Positions 1 to 13,704 of a stretch of DNA of 64,000 nucleotides are shown in pieces; position 1 is the first letter of the stretch, and the number at the start of each line of letters is the position of its first letter. Source of the DNA: Camelus ferus (lineage: Eukaryota); NCBI RefSeq assembly GCF_009834535.1, contig NC_045697.1, positions 29,762,001 through 29,826,000 of the forward strand, written 5' to 3'. The notes under the pieces were generated by a model. The model was not told the DNA's origin. It made no database searches and saw nothing but the letters and a program-made list of their open reading frames with translations. The translations under genes and the position numbers were made by a program.

Positions 1-972
1 TTTTGCTCCACTTTTTAGTCATTCTTAGGCATACGCTATTTGTCTTCACCTTTTGAATATGCTGGCAGAAAAACCCCAAATCCCACCTGAGATCGTCAGA
101 GAACAGCGACTTCTTTGGTTGCCATTTCCTTTCTTCTTCACTGAGAGCGTTCTCCTGTGCTTAAAATTTTGTTTTTCAAAGCCTTCCATTCTTTTAAAAA
201 AATGCTTTTCCTTTTACAGCCTCTTGTCTTGAAATTTTACGTGTCTTTTCCCTGGACCTGTTTCCTAAAGTCTCTGACAGCCTGCCTTCTCTGTGTGTTG
301 TATTACAGTCACATCCCCCAGGTCTCCACCGTTTCCCCAAGACCAACCAGTTCTTCCCTGGGAGTCACATTACATCAGCATTACTAATAGAATATCTGCT
401 ATATTTCAGACTATGTTTTATTCTAGGCAGTCAATTAAAAACGAACCTCGGCGCTGGTTTGATTTAACATGGAGGATGAATTGTCTAAGGTCAAATGCAA
501 ACTGCTGCTGGACTGGGGAGACATATATTTATATTCGTATTAAATATATACCTGTTGAATTTGGGATTTTTCTCCATGCTTCACAGACCCCCTAAGCTTT
601 CGGGTAATTAGGACGGTCCAAAGCGTGGGTTTCCAGAAACTTCGCAAAAAATTAGACTCCATCAAAAGGACTGCTCCACACATTCAGGGAACACCCACCA
701 ACAAAACCCATCTCCACAACCGCCAGATTATCTCACCAGCAAGTGAGACTGCAAGGTTTGGGGGCTTGGCTGTACCACTCCGCGCGGCGCATGGGGGGGT
801 TCGTGCCCATTTGGCTGCGACTGACCGTTTCCCCTCGCTTGGTTTTGCCCCTGCTCCCCCCGCGCAGGCACCCACAGTGCGTCAGGCCGGCGCTTTATAG
901 TGGCAGACTGGGCGGCTCCGTTCGCTGTTTTTCCTCTTCTCTGGGTCGTGTCTCCTTTCAAGGTTCGCGAAG

Positions 973-1005
973 ATGCAGCTTAAACCAATGGAGATTAACC
1001 CCGAG
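973..1005 (+). CDS. UCHL1: Ubiquitin C-terminal hydrolase L1, coding exon 1 (MQLKPMEINPE)
   Basis: aagATGCAGCTTAAACCAATGGAGATTAACCCCGAG|gtgagc; matches the known UCHL1 N-terminus; 33 nt, GT donor at 1006. Confidence 0.98.
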
Positions 1006-1121
1006 GTGAGCGTCAGGTGCATCGTTATCTGGGGAGCGTGGGGCCGAGGGTCAGCTTCCTTCAGGTAGCTGTATCGCGGAGTGGTTTTATTTTTGTATTT
1101 TTCTTTGCATTTGCCTTTCAG

Positions 1122-1133
1122 ATGCTGAACAAA
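1122..1133 (+). CDS. UCHL1: UCHL1 exon 2, 12-nt microexon (MLNK)
   Basis: Long polypyrimidine tract, then ttcag|ATGCTGAACAAA|gtgagt. Confidence 0.97.
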
Positions 1134-1592
1134 GTGAGTGACGTCTCACGCTGCCTCCATCCCCCTCCCCCGGGAGAGCCGAGGAAAAGGCGCCCACCCG
1201 CTCCCGCTGTTTCGCAAGGACAGAGCGGCTCCCTGCGTGGTCGAGAGGCGGTGGGGCTGGGGCGCGGCCGGGGCGCCCTCCCTTTGCCTCTGCCTCTGCA
1301 TCGGAGGCGGCGGTGACTGTGAAACCAGTTGGGGATGGGATGGAGGAGGCTTCGCCCAGATGCGAGCCCGGGGCCGAGCTCCCGAGGGCGTGGCGCGCGC
1401 CCCGCGGACTCGAGTGCCCGGGCGTCGCAGGAGCCACGTGTGGGCTGCGCTTTGTGCTGTGTCATTGCGCCGGCTCGGGTTGGGGGCGGGGGCTCCTCCC
1501 AGGCCCGGGTCGGGGCGCGAGGATCCGAGCCCGCCCTGCCTCTCTGCCACTTGCGGGTCTCCGCGCCTGGCCGCCTTATTTCTTCTCCGCAG

Positions 1593-1721
1593 GTGCTGAC
1601 CCGGCTGGGGGTTACCGGCCAGTGGCGCTTCGCGGACGTGCTGGGACTGGAGGAGGAGACTCTGGGCTCGGTGCCAGCGCCTGCCTGCGCCCTGCTGCTG
1701 CTCTTTCCCCTCACCGCCCAG
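1593..1721 (+). CDS. UCHL1: UCHL1 exon 3 ([43 protein letters not shown])
   Basis: cgcag|GTG...CAG|gtaggg, 129 nt, in frame; the peptide is visible inside ORF 1329..1784. Confidence 0.98.
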
Positions 1722-4151
1722 GTAGGGCGTGGGGCCTGGGGTGCACAGGCCCTGGACTGTGCGCGCTCCCCCAAAGCCGAGTGAGGCTGTGAGGACAGTG
1801 TAGGCCCCACTCCCGTCCTGGCCTGGGCGCCCAGACCTGGTAAAGTTCCCTGTTCTTGTGGGGGATAGAGGGAGAAACTCGCACTTGCAGGGTATCAACT
1901 CACTGGGGGTCCTGTGGTAATAAGAGTTTATCGCCTCCTCGCTCATCCATCCAGCATTGCCTTAAATTTGGAGGAGAAGCAGCATCTCTGTTCCGTTATG
2001 CCAGTTATCCTGGAAGACAGTTCATCCTGTTCATGAGTGCAGCTTGAACCTCGGCTTTTCTGAGCCTTCCACTCCAAGGGATGGCTGGTTGTTTTCCTCT
2101 AAGGGCTATGATCTGTCATTTTATTGTTTGGTTCTCAGACTCCCACCTTGCTGTAAAAAAAAAAAGGGGGGTGGGGTGGGCTTGCCTAAACCACAAGAAA
2201 GCAATAGGTTCTTAGAGAATAAAAATTCTCTACCTCCACTGCCTGGGTCTTTAGTGGACTCAAGGGTTTCTTCCCACCCCTCCACTCCCCACAATATGCA
2301 GACTTGGTTTTTAGCCTCTCCAATGTGCTTTTCTAAAAAGCTTAATCATTAGTGTATGGTTCCTGTGTGGGAGCCCCCTATCTCTCTTGACTTCTTTCCT
2401 CTCTGACCTTGTAGAAGTGAAATAGGTGGGTATTTAGTCCAGTCTTGGAAATACCTTTTCATTTCCCTTTAGGTGGTCTTCCTCCTATAAATAAATGTGC
2501 ATGGATATATGTACCTCAAACACTGAGCTTCGGATATAAAAAGGTAGCTGGGATGATCCATCTCTTGGATGCGTGGAGTCCCACTAATTAGCATGGCATT
2601 GCCTACTCCAGTTGCTGTCACTTGAGCCCTGATTTAGGAGTGGTTGAAATTTGCTTTAGCCAAACTTGGGTCATTAGCATATGAGGCATTGTTCCAAACG
2701 CAGAGTGAGCTTAACTGAAGTACCATCCTAAGGCTGGGTATTCTAGAAGCATCCTCAGTAGTTAAGCCCTGTGGGAAGTTCCAGGTGCACCTCCTAGAAA
2801 ATGGGCTAAGTATTGTTGGTTAAAACACATTAAAGCTATTAGGATAATCCCACCGACCTTTTTTATTGCAAAGCCTTTACTTTAGGTGAAAATGGAGCTG
2901 CTAAATAATTGCTAGTCAAATTAGCTTCCCTTTTGGTCAAATCAAACGCAATTTTGTCTCTCTCATGTGAGCCTCTCACAGAGCTTTCTTGTTAGAGGAA
3001 CCATGATGACTCGGAGGTTTTTGAGCAGAGCACTCAAAGGCAAGGCCTCTGGGAGGCAGTGGTGCACCGTGTTTATCTTGCAAAACCCCACTGGTCTTGT
3101 GCTGGATCAAGCTGCTCTTGCTTAGAGAACATTCTAGCTTGAATGTTTTGTTTTTGAAAGCACTCGATACTTTGTCCTTTAGCTCCAGTTCAGTCCCTTA
3201 GATTTATTGAACACCTGTTCTGAGACACAAGCTAAATACTGAAGCAAATTCAAAGAACGGTCGAGGTTTATAGGTTGACTTCCAAACGAGCTTATGTTAA
3301 TGTAGAAAGCATCTAATTCTGTCTAAGAGAATATTATGAAATCCTAAATGAACTACTTCTAAAACATTTTAAGCAATCATGAAATATGCACAGAAGTGTC
3401 TCCAGGCAAGAGCTCAAATGGCTCTAAAGGATGATGCTACCCCATTATAAAAAGTTAAACCTTAGAAAAGAGAAAACCTTTGTTGATGAGTAACTCAGTT
3501 CAGGGGTCCAGTGGGTGGGTATATGATGCTGAAACTTTACCTCCTGGTTGGAGTTAAAGTTGATCTTGTGGAACAAGAGAGCTTATTCCTTGAGTGGTAC
3601 CACAGACACAGGCTTAAACTTCAGTTCCACATACAGTGATGCAAGGTTCTCGAATTGGAGATGTATGTACTTCAGGGGTTCTGTCTGATTTATACTGATT
3701 ATAAGAAATTGGTGTTTCTATAGCATCAGCCCCCTGCCTTTAACTGAGAAGTCATGCCTCTAAGGTTTTTAAAACTGTTAGTGAAAGGGCCACACAAGTC
3801 CACTAAATTACAGAGAGCTAATGATGCTTTGAGCAAAACTACCTCTGTTCTCCTCGAACTGTATATTTGGCAGAAACAAACAAGTCACATCTTCCTCTTG
3901 TAGGATGAGGAGTTTTTGTGAAATCACAGCCCAGCACACTGGACCAGTTGTCTTTCCTTTCTAAAGACGGATGAGGGAATAGTTAATTTCTTTAAATTGC
4001 TCCTTTCTGTAGTTAAGTCTTGTTTTGTTTTTGAAGACACGTATACTTGGACAGAATAGAAGAACAGTGAGCTATAAACTAGCTGATGTGTGTTCAGTTG
4101 ACCAAAGCTTGATTGGAATGCCTGTGTGAAAAATAGCCATTGTTAGTGTGA

Positions 4152-4637
<486 letters not shown>

Positions 4638-5281
4638 TGAAACCAGTCATCCTCTGGTTGACCTCTGGTTAACTGTAATGCTTCCTTCCAGCACCCCTAA
4701 GGGGCTATTCAGTAAATTGTGGCCTTAAGTTTTTTTGTAACTTACCCACACAGATAGAATCAGTGGGTGAATTCTCATCGTTCCTCTCTCTTGAGGAAAG
4801 GAAAGTCAGTTTTCCAAGAAGCGGGGTGTGACGTCCTCCACCTGGGAAGGCAGAGCAGGTGATAACGCAGTTGTGCGCTGCTCCCTGCCTGGACTCTTCC
4901 ACATGCAGACAGCAGCCTTCGTGTTTCTCACGTGCTCCTGTTTTATTCTCAGCAATTCTGAAGGATTAGAGATGATGTTGAGCCATAAAATATCTGCTCT
5001 TAGGACCTGTCTTTATGGCGCTGTGCCTCATAAGCAATAGGAGAACCGAAGTGGCCTAGAGCAGCTGGACACAGTGGGAGAGTTTCTGCAGGGAGGCATA
5101 GCAGCCTGCCGAATCCCCAAGAGATCCAGCTGTGAACAGAGGCGGGCCAGGGGTTTTAGCTCACCTCCAGTGGATGCTGTGGGGGGTACAGAAGAGACGA
5201 GTCTCAGCGATTAAGTTGTCAGAAGCACAGTTAACAGCACCAAAATGTATTAAAATATATGGCCTTGTGTGTAATTTAGGC

Positions 5282-5461
5282 CGTGGGTCAACAAACTTTC
5301 TTAAAAGGCCAGCGGGGAAATCTTTTAGGCTTTGAGGGCCATATGGTCTTTGCCCTCGTAGTACAAAAGCAGCCATACACAAGATGTAAAGTGAGAGATA
5401 TCACTTCATCCCAATAAAACTTTATTTACAAAAATAGGTGGCAGTAGCTTGCCAACTCCTG
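5282..5461. mobile_element. MER58A-like hAT-Charlie MITE in UCHL1 intron 4
   Basis: MER58-type ends (ggtcaacaaactt...ttgccaactcctg) and core ccaataaaactttatttacaaaaa; perfect 8-bp TSD ATTTAGGC at 5274-5281 and 5462-5469. Confidence 0.8.
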
Positions 5462-6587
5462 ATTTAGGCAATGAATGGGGGTGGCTGAGTACTGAATACC
5501 TTCAACTAACAGTCCATGTAGGGCTTGTAGCAGGTCAAATGCTCTTTAAAGCACACACACAAGGGAAGTGTGGCCAAGGCTCTACTTGTGGTACACTTTT
5601 GAAATTTAAAAAAAAAAGAGGCTTGTCTGGCCATAAAAATCCTGATCTAGAAGTTGCTTTTCCAAATATTGATTCGACTGAGCCATATTAAAAAATTGTA
5701 GCTTGATCCTTTTTATTTCTTCTGTATTGAGTATCATGTTTAGGTTACTTGTTCCTGAGTCACAGAGTACTGTAACTCCTGTAAACACGGTCATGAGGGT
5801 GCCGAAGACTTCATCTGAGTCATAACCCTCCTCATAAAGTTAAGAGGATTCCTATAACTTCCAAATTTTGAATTTAGGGCTGAAAGTTCAAACTGAGGCC
5901 TATTAAAATGCAAGTTGCTCTCGCCCTAACTAGGTATTCAGTATCTCCTAGACTCATCCACCCAGAGCAGTGCCAAAATGCTGGTGCCAGCCATCAGCCG
6001 GGCAGTTGTGTCTAGGCCAGACTGTTAGCTCTTTGCATGTCTATTTAAGATCTTTAGGTTAATGTCTGCTGGATAACGATATTACTAAGATCGTATTTTC
6101 TAGTCTGAAATAAAAAAAATCTTGGTTTGTGAACTGTTACTGGATTAGAATGCTACTATTACATCATGTATGTAGTGAACATTAATTGTGCATTGCTAGG
6201 TGCTGCAGATAACAGCAGTAGACAAAAGTGCCTGCCTTTATGGCACCAAAAATCTCAAAATATGTGTCACAAGTGGGTAAGTGCTGTAGCCGAGGTGGTG
6301 AGGGATTTGAGAGGTGAGGGTACAGTGGGAGGCGAAGGGGTCGGGTGGCAGGAAGGAGATGGGAGGAAGAGCTTGGCACTGGAGGAACAGAGAGTTCTCT
6401 GGCTTGGGTACAGTGAGAAGGGAGCGGTTGGAAGAAGAGGCCAGGGAAGGACGGACAGCTTATCCACACCCTAGGAGGCTGTGGTAAAAATTCAGGTCAT
6501 CAGACGTCAAATGCGATGGCTTAAGTCAGCAATAAATGTGTATCCATTTGCGTCACACCTATACTAATATATGCTGTTTTTTTTTAA

Positions 6588-6698
<111 letters not shown>

Positions 6699-6757
6699 TG
6701 ATTTTTTTTTTTCAATAACTCTTGAGGTTTTTGTGCTAATTACTCTCCTTTCTGCAG

Positions 6758-6805
6758 GCCATCCAGGCAGCTCATGATGCTGTGGCACAGGAGGGCCAGT
6801 GTCGG
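6758..6805 (+). CDS. UCHL1: UCHL1 exon 6 (AIQAAHDAVAQEGQCR)
   Basis: ctgcag|GCC...CGG|gtaaat, 48 nt. Confidence 0.97.
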
Positions 6806-7583
6806 GTAAATGCACGTTAGAGCCAGGCTGCCTGTGTGTCACCTGTGTTTCCCCTGAACTGTGTTCAACAGTCTCTCATGGAACCCAGCAAATACTTTCA
6901 TCCAAGGCCGAGTAACGCTAGAAAATTTTGCCAGAATAATGGCGTTGACCAGACCTGGTCGTAAAAATGGCTCATCAGAATATTTAATTGGTGGTTCACA
7001 CAGCTTGAGTAAATTCAAGCTGATGGTGTTTTATTTAGATCCAAATGAGTCTAATAGAGTGAGTAACATCCCTCTTCATAATGGAACATTTCAAGTACTC
7101 TCCTCATGGATTGTTGGAGAGTAAGATATACCAGTAAGGACTAACATTTTCTGGACAACTTAAATGTACCATTAATCTGAACAGAGCCTTCCTGTCAGCT
7201 GTTAGATTTAAGCCGGTGACAGTGCTTATATAAGTACAGTTGGCTCTGCCGCTTTCTGGTCTTGACCTTGTGTGAGGTGCTTATGCTCCCTAAGCCTTAA
7301 TTTCTCCAGTAAAAAGCAAGCCATAGAGTTCTGAGAGTTACAGAATGTCTTCTTTCATGGTCTTAGAATAGGGACTATTATATAGGAAACAAATATTAGC
7401 AATAATTTAAAAAACAGGCAAGTCACTTCAAGCATATTCCATTTAGAGAATTTATTTTTAACAAATTAAGTTCCGCTTATAAAAATGATATTGCAAAATA
7501 TGTGTATCGAACCAGCAGGTTGTAGACCTTAAACTTACACAATATTATGTCCTTACATCCTAATAAAGCAAAAAAAATTTTAA

Positions 7584-7730
<147 letters not shown>

Positions 7731-8628
7731 TAATATAGCTGCATGCATTCTCTTAGACATAATTCCTCTTACAGTATTGGTGTGTGACTTTATGGTGGCG
7801 CTTAGTAGGTCTTCGCTTATAAAGCCAGAACAGCAGTGTATTCTTGTGGGGCCCCTAACCCCTTATCATACCTGGAGCACCTCAGGCAGCTGACCTGTGG
7901 AACGAATAATCTTAGTCACAAACCAGTAAAGAGAATTGATCAGCAAGTTCAAGGTGTATGTATTCAGATTTTCTCTTTCCACCTTCTGCTATAGCATCAC
8001 CAGTACAGGGTTTCTGCCATCATCCTTTTCAGACAAGGAATACTTTTGGGAAAAGATAAATGCCTAAACATGACCTGGCTGTGTAAAAAGAATTTGGACG
8101 TGTTGGAGTAATTTCTGTTGGCTGGTGTGTGGCAACAAGAAGGATCATCCATCTTTATATTAAGAAGAATCATCTGCTTTGTATTAATGGAGAAAGGCAG
8201 CTGTGTTGTCTCAAATAAAGATATTACCTATGGGCAAGCGAGGGCAAAGAAAACTTGGGGCCAGTTAGCAGTCATTGAGGGGCAAATGAAATCTCAAGGA
8301 TCCCTTTTCCTTGCCTCCACCTTCCCTGTACCTCAGACACTGCATCTGACTTTTGCTCTGTGGTCTTTCCCAAGATGGGCACCAGCCCTTCTATTAGGGT
8401 AGTTAGCTTGGGCTGATACGGTCTTGGTGCTTATACACTAGAATTGCCTGGGATGGATATTTAGGAACACTTGAACCTCATTTCCAGCCTGTTGCTTCAT
8501 AACCAGCCTTCCCTGTGTGGGAATGTCAGTGGTATTTGGAAGAATCTAAAGCTTCCCTTTAAGGTGGACAAGCACGGTAGCCAGCTAACGTGCAGAGAAA
8601 ACTGGCGTGCTTCTCTTTTTTGTTCTAG

Positions 8629-8687
8629 ATGGACGGATGCCTTTTCCGGTGAATCATGGCACCAGTTCTGAGGACTCACTGCTGCAG
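8629..8687 (+). CDS. UCHL1: UCHL1 exon 8 ((D)GRMPFPVNHGTSSEDSLLQ); the catalytic Asp176 codon is split across exons 7/8
   Basis: ttctag|AT...CAG|gtaatc, 59 nt. Confidence 0.97.
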
Positions 8688-9420
8688 GTAATCTTTGGAA
8701 TCCATTTCCACTAAGGCCCACATTTCTTCAGCCAAATTGTCTATTCTAAAGTGCAAACCTTTTTCGGTACGGCTGGCACCAATCATCTGGGTTAAGAGCA
8801 GTCTTTTTAGGGCTTAAAGATCATCTTAGTAATTCTATCTACCTTATCTTACAGCAGATGGTTTTAGGCAGGGTCCTTTACAGCAGCCCTGAATAATCTG
8901 CATGTGCTGTCTTTAGGTCACACTTAAAATGAGCCTGAAAGCCATTGCTGATTTCTTTGTGGGATTAAGGTGACCATTGTCCTCTTGGCTAATTACATCA
9001 TAGCCAGTGACTTGGACTCAGAGAACAGCAACCTGAGCCTATCCTATTCCCTTTCTGACTGCTGGATGTGGGTCAGTCTTGTAGGATACTGTGGATTCTG
9101 GTTGGGCAGTTAACTTCATGAGATTTTTCTTCCCACGTGATCCACTGTTACAGGTCAAGAGAAGCAAATTCAGAACATGCCTGACAAGAACTTTAAGATC
9201 TAGGGTCGCTGAGTAACCATCCTGGTACAAGTGACTGCAGAAACCTCTTTAAGTAAAATACTAGTCCTCTTTACCCTAAAAACAAATCTCTAGAGTTGAA
9301 TCAATTTGCTGTTATAAAGGAAAATTCTTCATTGTGATAGAATAAAAAATGGTGTTGATATAACTACTTCATTTGTCATAATAACAGCTACATTTTTTTT
9401 GCACACTTCCTGTGTGCAGA

Positions 9421-9645
9421 CTGGGGGTTGGCAAACTTTTTCTGCAACGAGCCAGGAAATATTTCAGTTAGGTTTTGTGTAGCATATGGGCTCTGTTGCA
9501 AGTATTCAGTTCTGCTGTGATAGCTCCAGAGCAGCCCATGGGCAGTGTCTCAGTGAATGTGTATGGATGTATTCCACTAAAATTTTGTTCACAAAAGTAG
9601 GCAGCAGGCTAGATTTGACTCACAGACTGCAGTTTGCTGACTCTG
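9421..9645. mobile_element. MER58A-like hAT MITE inserted in a MIR (MIR pieces about 9360-9420 and 9650-9800), intron 8
   Basis: ggggttggcaaactttttctg...gcagtttgctgactct; MIR core cacattttacagatgaggaaactgagg at about 9678-9705. Confidence 0.75.
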
Positions 9646-10126
9646 TGCTGGATGCTAAGAGGTAGTTAATTATTATTCACATTTTACAGATGAGGAAACT
9701 GAGGTGCAGAGGTAAGTGATGCCCAAGGTCAATGACAAACTGTAGATCCATGGTTCAAATCTGGACAGTCTGTCTCTAGAGTCTGCTCTTACCACTGCAT
9801 AATACTACCTGTCTTTATAATAGACCTGTTTTGGAAGCATCATGGACATGATGACCTCAAGGTGCGAGTGGACCAGATTATGCCCTCTAGGAGGGAGGGT
9901 CACTTTCTCTAGTCTGCTGTCAGATACACCTGAGATCAATTAGAGCTAACTGTTAGATATACAGGGGTGATGAGAATAGTGGGGATTTGCAGGAGAGTCA
10001 GGATTCACTTATGGGAGAGAGAACAGAGGCAGAACTTCTGGTTATGACCTACTTGGAGAAAAAGACTCTTCTACAGAAGCTTCTAAGGTGCATTATTAAC
10101 TCATATCTAACAGTATACCAATAATA

Positions 10127-10577
10127 CAGGCACACCTCAGAGATATCGTGGGTTCGGTTCCAGACCACCACAATAAAGCAAGTATCACAATAAAGAGAGA
10201 ATTTTGGGATTTTTTGGTTTCCCAGTGCATATAGAAGTTATGGTTACACTATACTGTAGTCTATTAAGCAGTATGTCTGAAAAAAAAAAGCACATTCCTT
10301 AATTAAAAATACTGTTAAAAATGCTGACCGTCATCTGAGCCTTCAGTGAGTCAGTCTTTTTGCAATCGTAACATCAAAGATCACTGATACACGGGTCATC
10401 GTAACAAACATAATAAAAGTTTGAAATATTGTGAGAATTACCCAAATGTGACATAGAGACAAGAAGTAAGCAAATGCTATCAGAAAAATGGTTCCAGTAG
10501 ACTTGGTCCATGCAGGATTGCCACAAACCTTCAGTGCAGCACGATAAAGTGAAGGGCAGTAACATGAGGTCTGACTG
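10127..10577. mobile_element. Internally deleted Tigger1-type (TcMar) non-autonomous DNA transposon, intron 8
   Basis: TA|CAGGCACACCTCAGAGATATCGTGGGTTCGGTTCCAGACCACC matches a Tigger1 terminus; degenerate opposite terminus ...aacatgaggtctgactg. Confidence 0.8.
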
Positions 10578-11805
10578 CTCCATAACATGCGCTCCGAGTA
10601 GGGCGCCTAAAACTGTGAGTGGAATTTATGAGGTGTGGGAAGGTAAAACCTTTTTGTTAAAAAAAAAAAAAAACCTAATTAGAATCTTATTTACAATTAG
10701 CTGAATATAAACCAGCATCTTAATTAGTGAAAATTCTTATCCTAAGTAAGGCTGGTTCTGTATGGTTAGAGATGTTTTAGGTTGACAAAACTATATCCTG
10801 AATTAACTATTAAGTGGTGAGAAAATACATAAACTTAACCCAAGCATCTTAAACTTGAGTGAATCAGGTCACCGGCTGTTGTCTGTGTAGCGAATGGCTG
10901 TTGTCTTTAGAGGCACACCCTTAGTATTAATCTGCACCGTGGGTCCTAAAGGAGGGTGGATCTGGGGCAGGCAGGTTTGGAATATCAATATATTAAAAAT
11001 TCTGATAGAATTAAATATGTAGATGTTACTCTAGATCCTCTATAGTTTTTCTGAGTGGTTCCAAAGCAGGAACAAAACTGGTGTGGTTGATGCTTCTTAA
11101 GGACCAAAACTCACTATTGAGTTGATTGTTAGACCTTGGGAGCTGATGTTCCATGACTGTTCTTTGTCACAGTATCCACTGTCTTCTTAAAGGTCTTACA
11201 CTTAGTATTGTTGATGGGACTCTTTCCACTGGACTTTTTACAAATTGGACACAGTGATGGATGTTCTGATCGCAAGGCATTTAAACCCTAGAATTTGGCA
11301 AATAACATAGGGCTCAATTTTCTAGTGCCAGTCTTTGTAATCTGGGCCCTTAGAATTAGTAACACACATCATTCCTTGAGTTTGTAAGAATCCATCATAC
11401 TGGAATACCAGGTATTTAAATTTTAAGCCTGTTGTGTAAAATGTTTACTTGGAAAAAAAATGTCTCTGAAAGTTTCTGTTAGAACTTTTCCCTTATGACA
11501 GAGAAGTCAATCTTCGGTCTTTGGATTTGAGGGAAAGAGCGCCAAGAGGGCAGTTTTCTTGTCAAAACCAGGCACAGGTGGTGGAAGCAGAGAGTTTGGT
11601 AGAAGTAATAAAGGAATCAAAGTTTCTGAGGCCAGATCTGTGATGTGGGTCATTGTCTTTCCCATCACTTCATTTTTTTCCCCCCTCTTGCCTCAAATTT
11701 AATGGAAAGTTTAAAGTCCGTCAGGGTGAACTTTGGGCATTAACAGGCCTTAGTGATACTGTCCCCTGGAAGCTTTCATTTTGAGCTGTTGCTGTTCAGA
11801 CGTGA

Positions 11806-11916
<111 letters not shown>

Positions 11917-12218
11917 TGCCCCGTGGAGGGGACTGGCTTTCTCCCTGCGTCCCTTCATCGTGAAAGTATACCCCCCCTACGCGGTCCAGAAGCTTCAGTC
12001 CTCCCAGAGCACAGCTCTTCTCCTTCGGTTCTGCAGATAAGCGCCTGCCCTCAGCCATGCCCACGCACTCAGCTGTCATTGAGCAGTTTGGTGTCAGCCT
12101 CAGATGGCGAAGCGAGCCCCTCGTGTGTGTCGTACCTCAGTATCTAACGCTTTAATGGCTCCTTTGGTTTGTGTCTGTAAGTTAGGGCCTTGGATGTGGT
12201 CTAATTGTTCTTAAAAGG

Positions 12219-12224
12219 AATAAA
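12219..12224 (+). terminator. UCHL1: UCHL1 polyadenylation signal AATAAA (3' UTR about 11917..12240)
   Basis: AATAAA about 300 nt after the stop, followed by a U-rich downstream element at about 12255-12275. Confidence 0.9.
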
Positions 12225-12449
12225 ACTTTTCTGCTGATAAAGAGATGAGCCTAAACTTTTCATTTTTTCTTTTACCTTCCTCTGCCCCTCCAGTATATCC
12301 CAAGTTATTTTCTTAGTAATTATATATATCTTGTACATAAGAACTCACACAGCACAGGTAAGAAAATTACCATTAAAATATCAGTTTACTGTGTCTCTAG
12401 ACTTTTTCCTATATGTTTGTTACTGTGCATAACTGTAGATGGTTTTAAA

Positions 12450-13460
12450 AAATTAAACAGACTTAATTTTTGGAATAATTTATTTTTATTGAAATATAGT
12501 TGACAATACAATGTTAGTTTCAGATGGACAACAGTGATTTGACATTTAAATATGTTATGAAATGATACAATAAGTCTAGTAACCATCTGTCCCTTTAAAG
12601 TTATTACAGTATTGTTGACCATATTCCTTATGCTGTAAGAATAATTTTAGATATACAGAAAAATTAAGAAGATACTATAGAGTTCCCATATACCCCTCAT
12701 CCATTTCCCAGGTAGCATCTTGCATTAGTATGATACATTTGTTACAACCGATAATACTATTGACTGAAGTCCAATCCTTATTCAGATTCCCTTGGTTTTT
12801 ACTTAATGTCTTTTTCCTTTTGTGGGGTCCCATCCAGGATACACCTTAGGCTTCTCTTGGTTAAGACAGTTTCTGAGACTTTTCTTTTGATAACTTTGAC
12901 AGTTTCAAGGAGTACTGATCCAGTATTTTGTAGGATGCCCCCCTCTTGGGATTTGCCTAATGTTTTTCTCATAAGTAGATCAGGGTTATGAGTTGTGGGG
13001 GGAGGAAGACCACAGTGGTAAGGTGCTAGTCTCATCTCATCACATCAAGGGTACATGCTATCTACAAGCCTTATCATGGTTAATGTTAACCTTGGTCACC
13101 TGGCTAGGTCGTGTTAGGTTTCTCCACAGTGACATTACTTCCCCCCCCCCCACCCCCCACTACATACTGGAAGGAAGTCCATGCGTAGCCAATCCTATAG
13201 GAGTAGGGAGTTGAATTACATTCCATCTTGAAGGTGGAGTATCTATATAAATTATTTGGAATTCTTTTGCAAGGCAGATACTTGTCTCTTACCCTCTATT
13301 TAATCATTTATATCAGTATGAACTCATGGGTATTTTATACTCTTGAGTTACGATCCAGTACTACATTTTGTTACTGAAATTGTTCCAGCTTTGGCCCTTG
13401 AGAGCTATTTCAGTTGGCTCCTGTGTCCCTTTGACATACCCCAATCAATGTGGGGTTTTG
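12450..13460 (-). mobile_element. Old L1 (L1MC/MD-like) 3' region, interrupted by a younger L1 3' tail (about 12482-12638)
   Basis: L1M 3'-end text (ttttagatatacagaaaaattaag...gagttcccatatacccc); the nested piece is flanked by the duplicated GAATAATTT (12473-12481, 12639-12647). Confidence 0.7.
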
Positions 13461-13704
13461 CTTTTTTTTTTTCTCCAGGATTTCTTTGCAGAATTAAAAA
13501 AAGTCATTTGTTAAACCTTACTATTGTATAGATAAGGATACACTAATATGTAATGTAAAGGCTTGCATTTGTTCTCAACAATTGATACTTGAATGTAACA
13601 GGTCTAATTGCTTAGAGTTGAAGCCAAGGAGGTGCAATTTCAGTTCTAACTTGGTGTGTGACTGCCATACAGTCACCTAGGAGATTGCCTTAGGGGAAAG
13701 TGAT

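Larger units (their letters stand above)
680..1830. promoter_or_regulatory. UCHL1: UCHL1 CpG island / promoter, with TATA-like TTTATA at 894-899 and CRE/AP-1-like TGCGTCA at 878-884
   Basis: Dense CpG and high GC spanning the promoter and exons 1-3. The TATA-like box lies about 75 nt upstream of the ATG. Boundaries approximate. Confidence 0.85.

Noticed and set aside
1581..1601. Possible REST/RE1 site at the exon 3 acceptor (reverse GTCAGCACCTGCGGAGA)
   Set aside because: Only the left half-site matches; spacing and the right half (GGACAG) do not fit the canonical RE1, and the sequence is constrained by splicing and coding
1017..1946. Long overlapping ORFs (230 aa and 266 aa on the minus strand, several on plus) over the UCHL1 5' region
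   Set aside because: Stop-poor CpG-island sequence with low-complexity Arg/Pro/Gly/Ala translations; only the embedded exon 2 and 3 peptides are real
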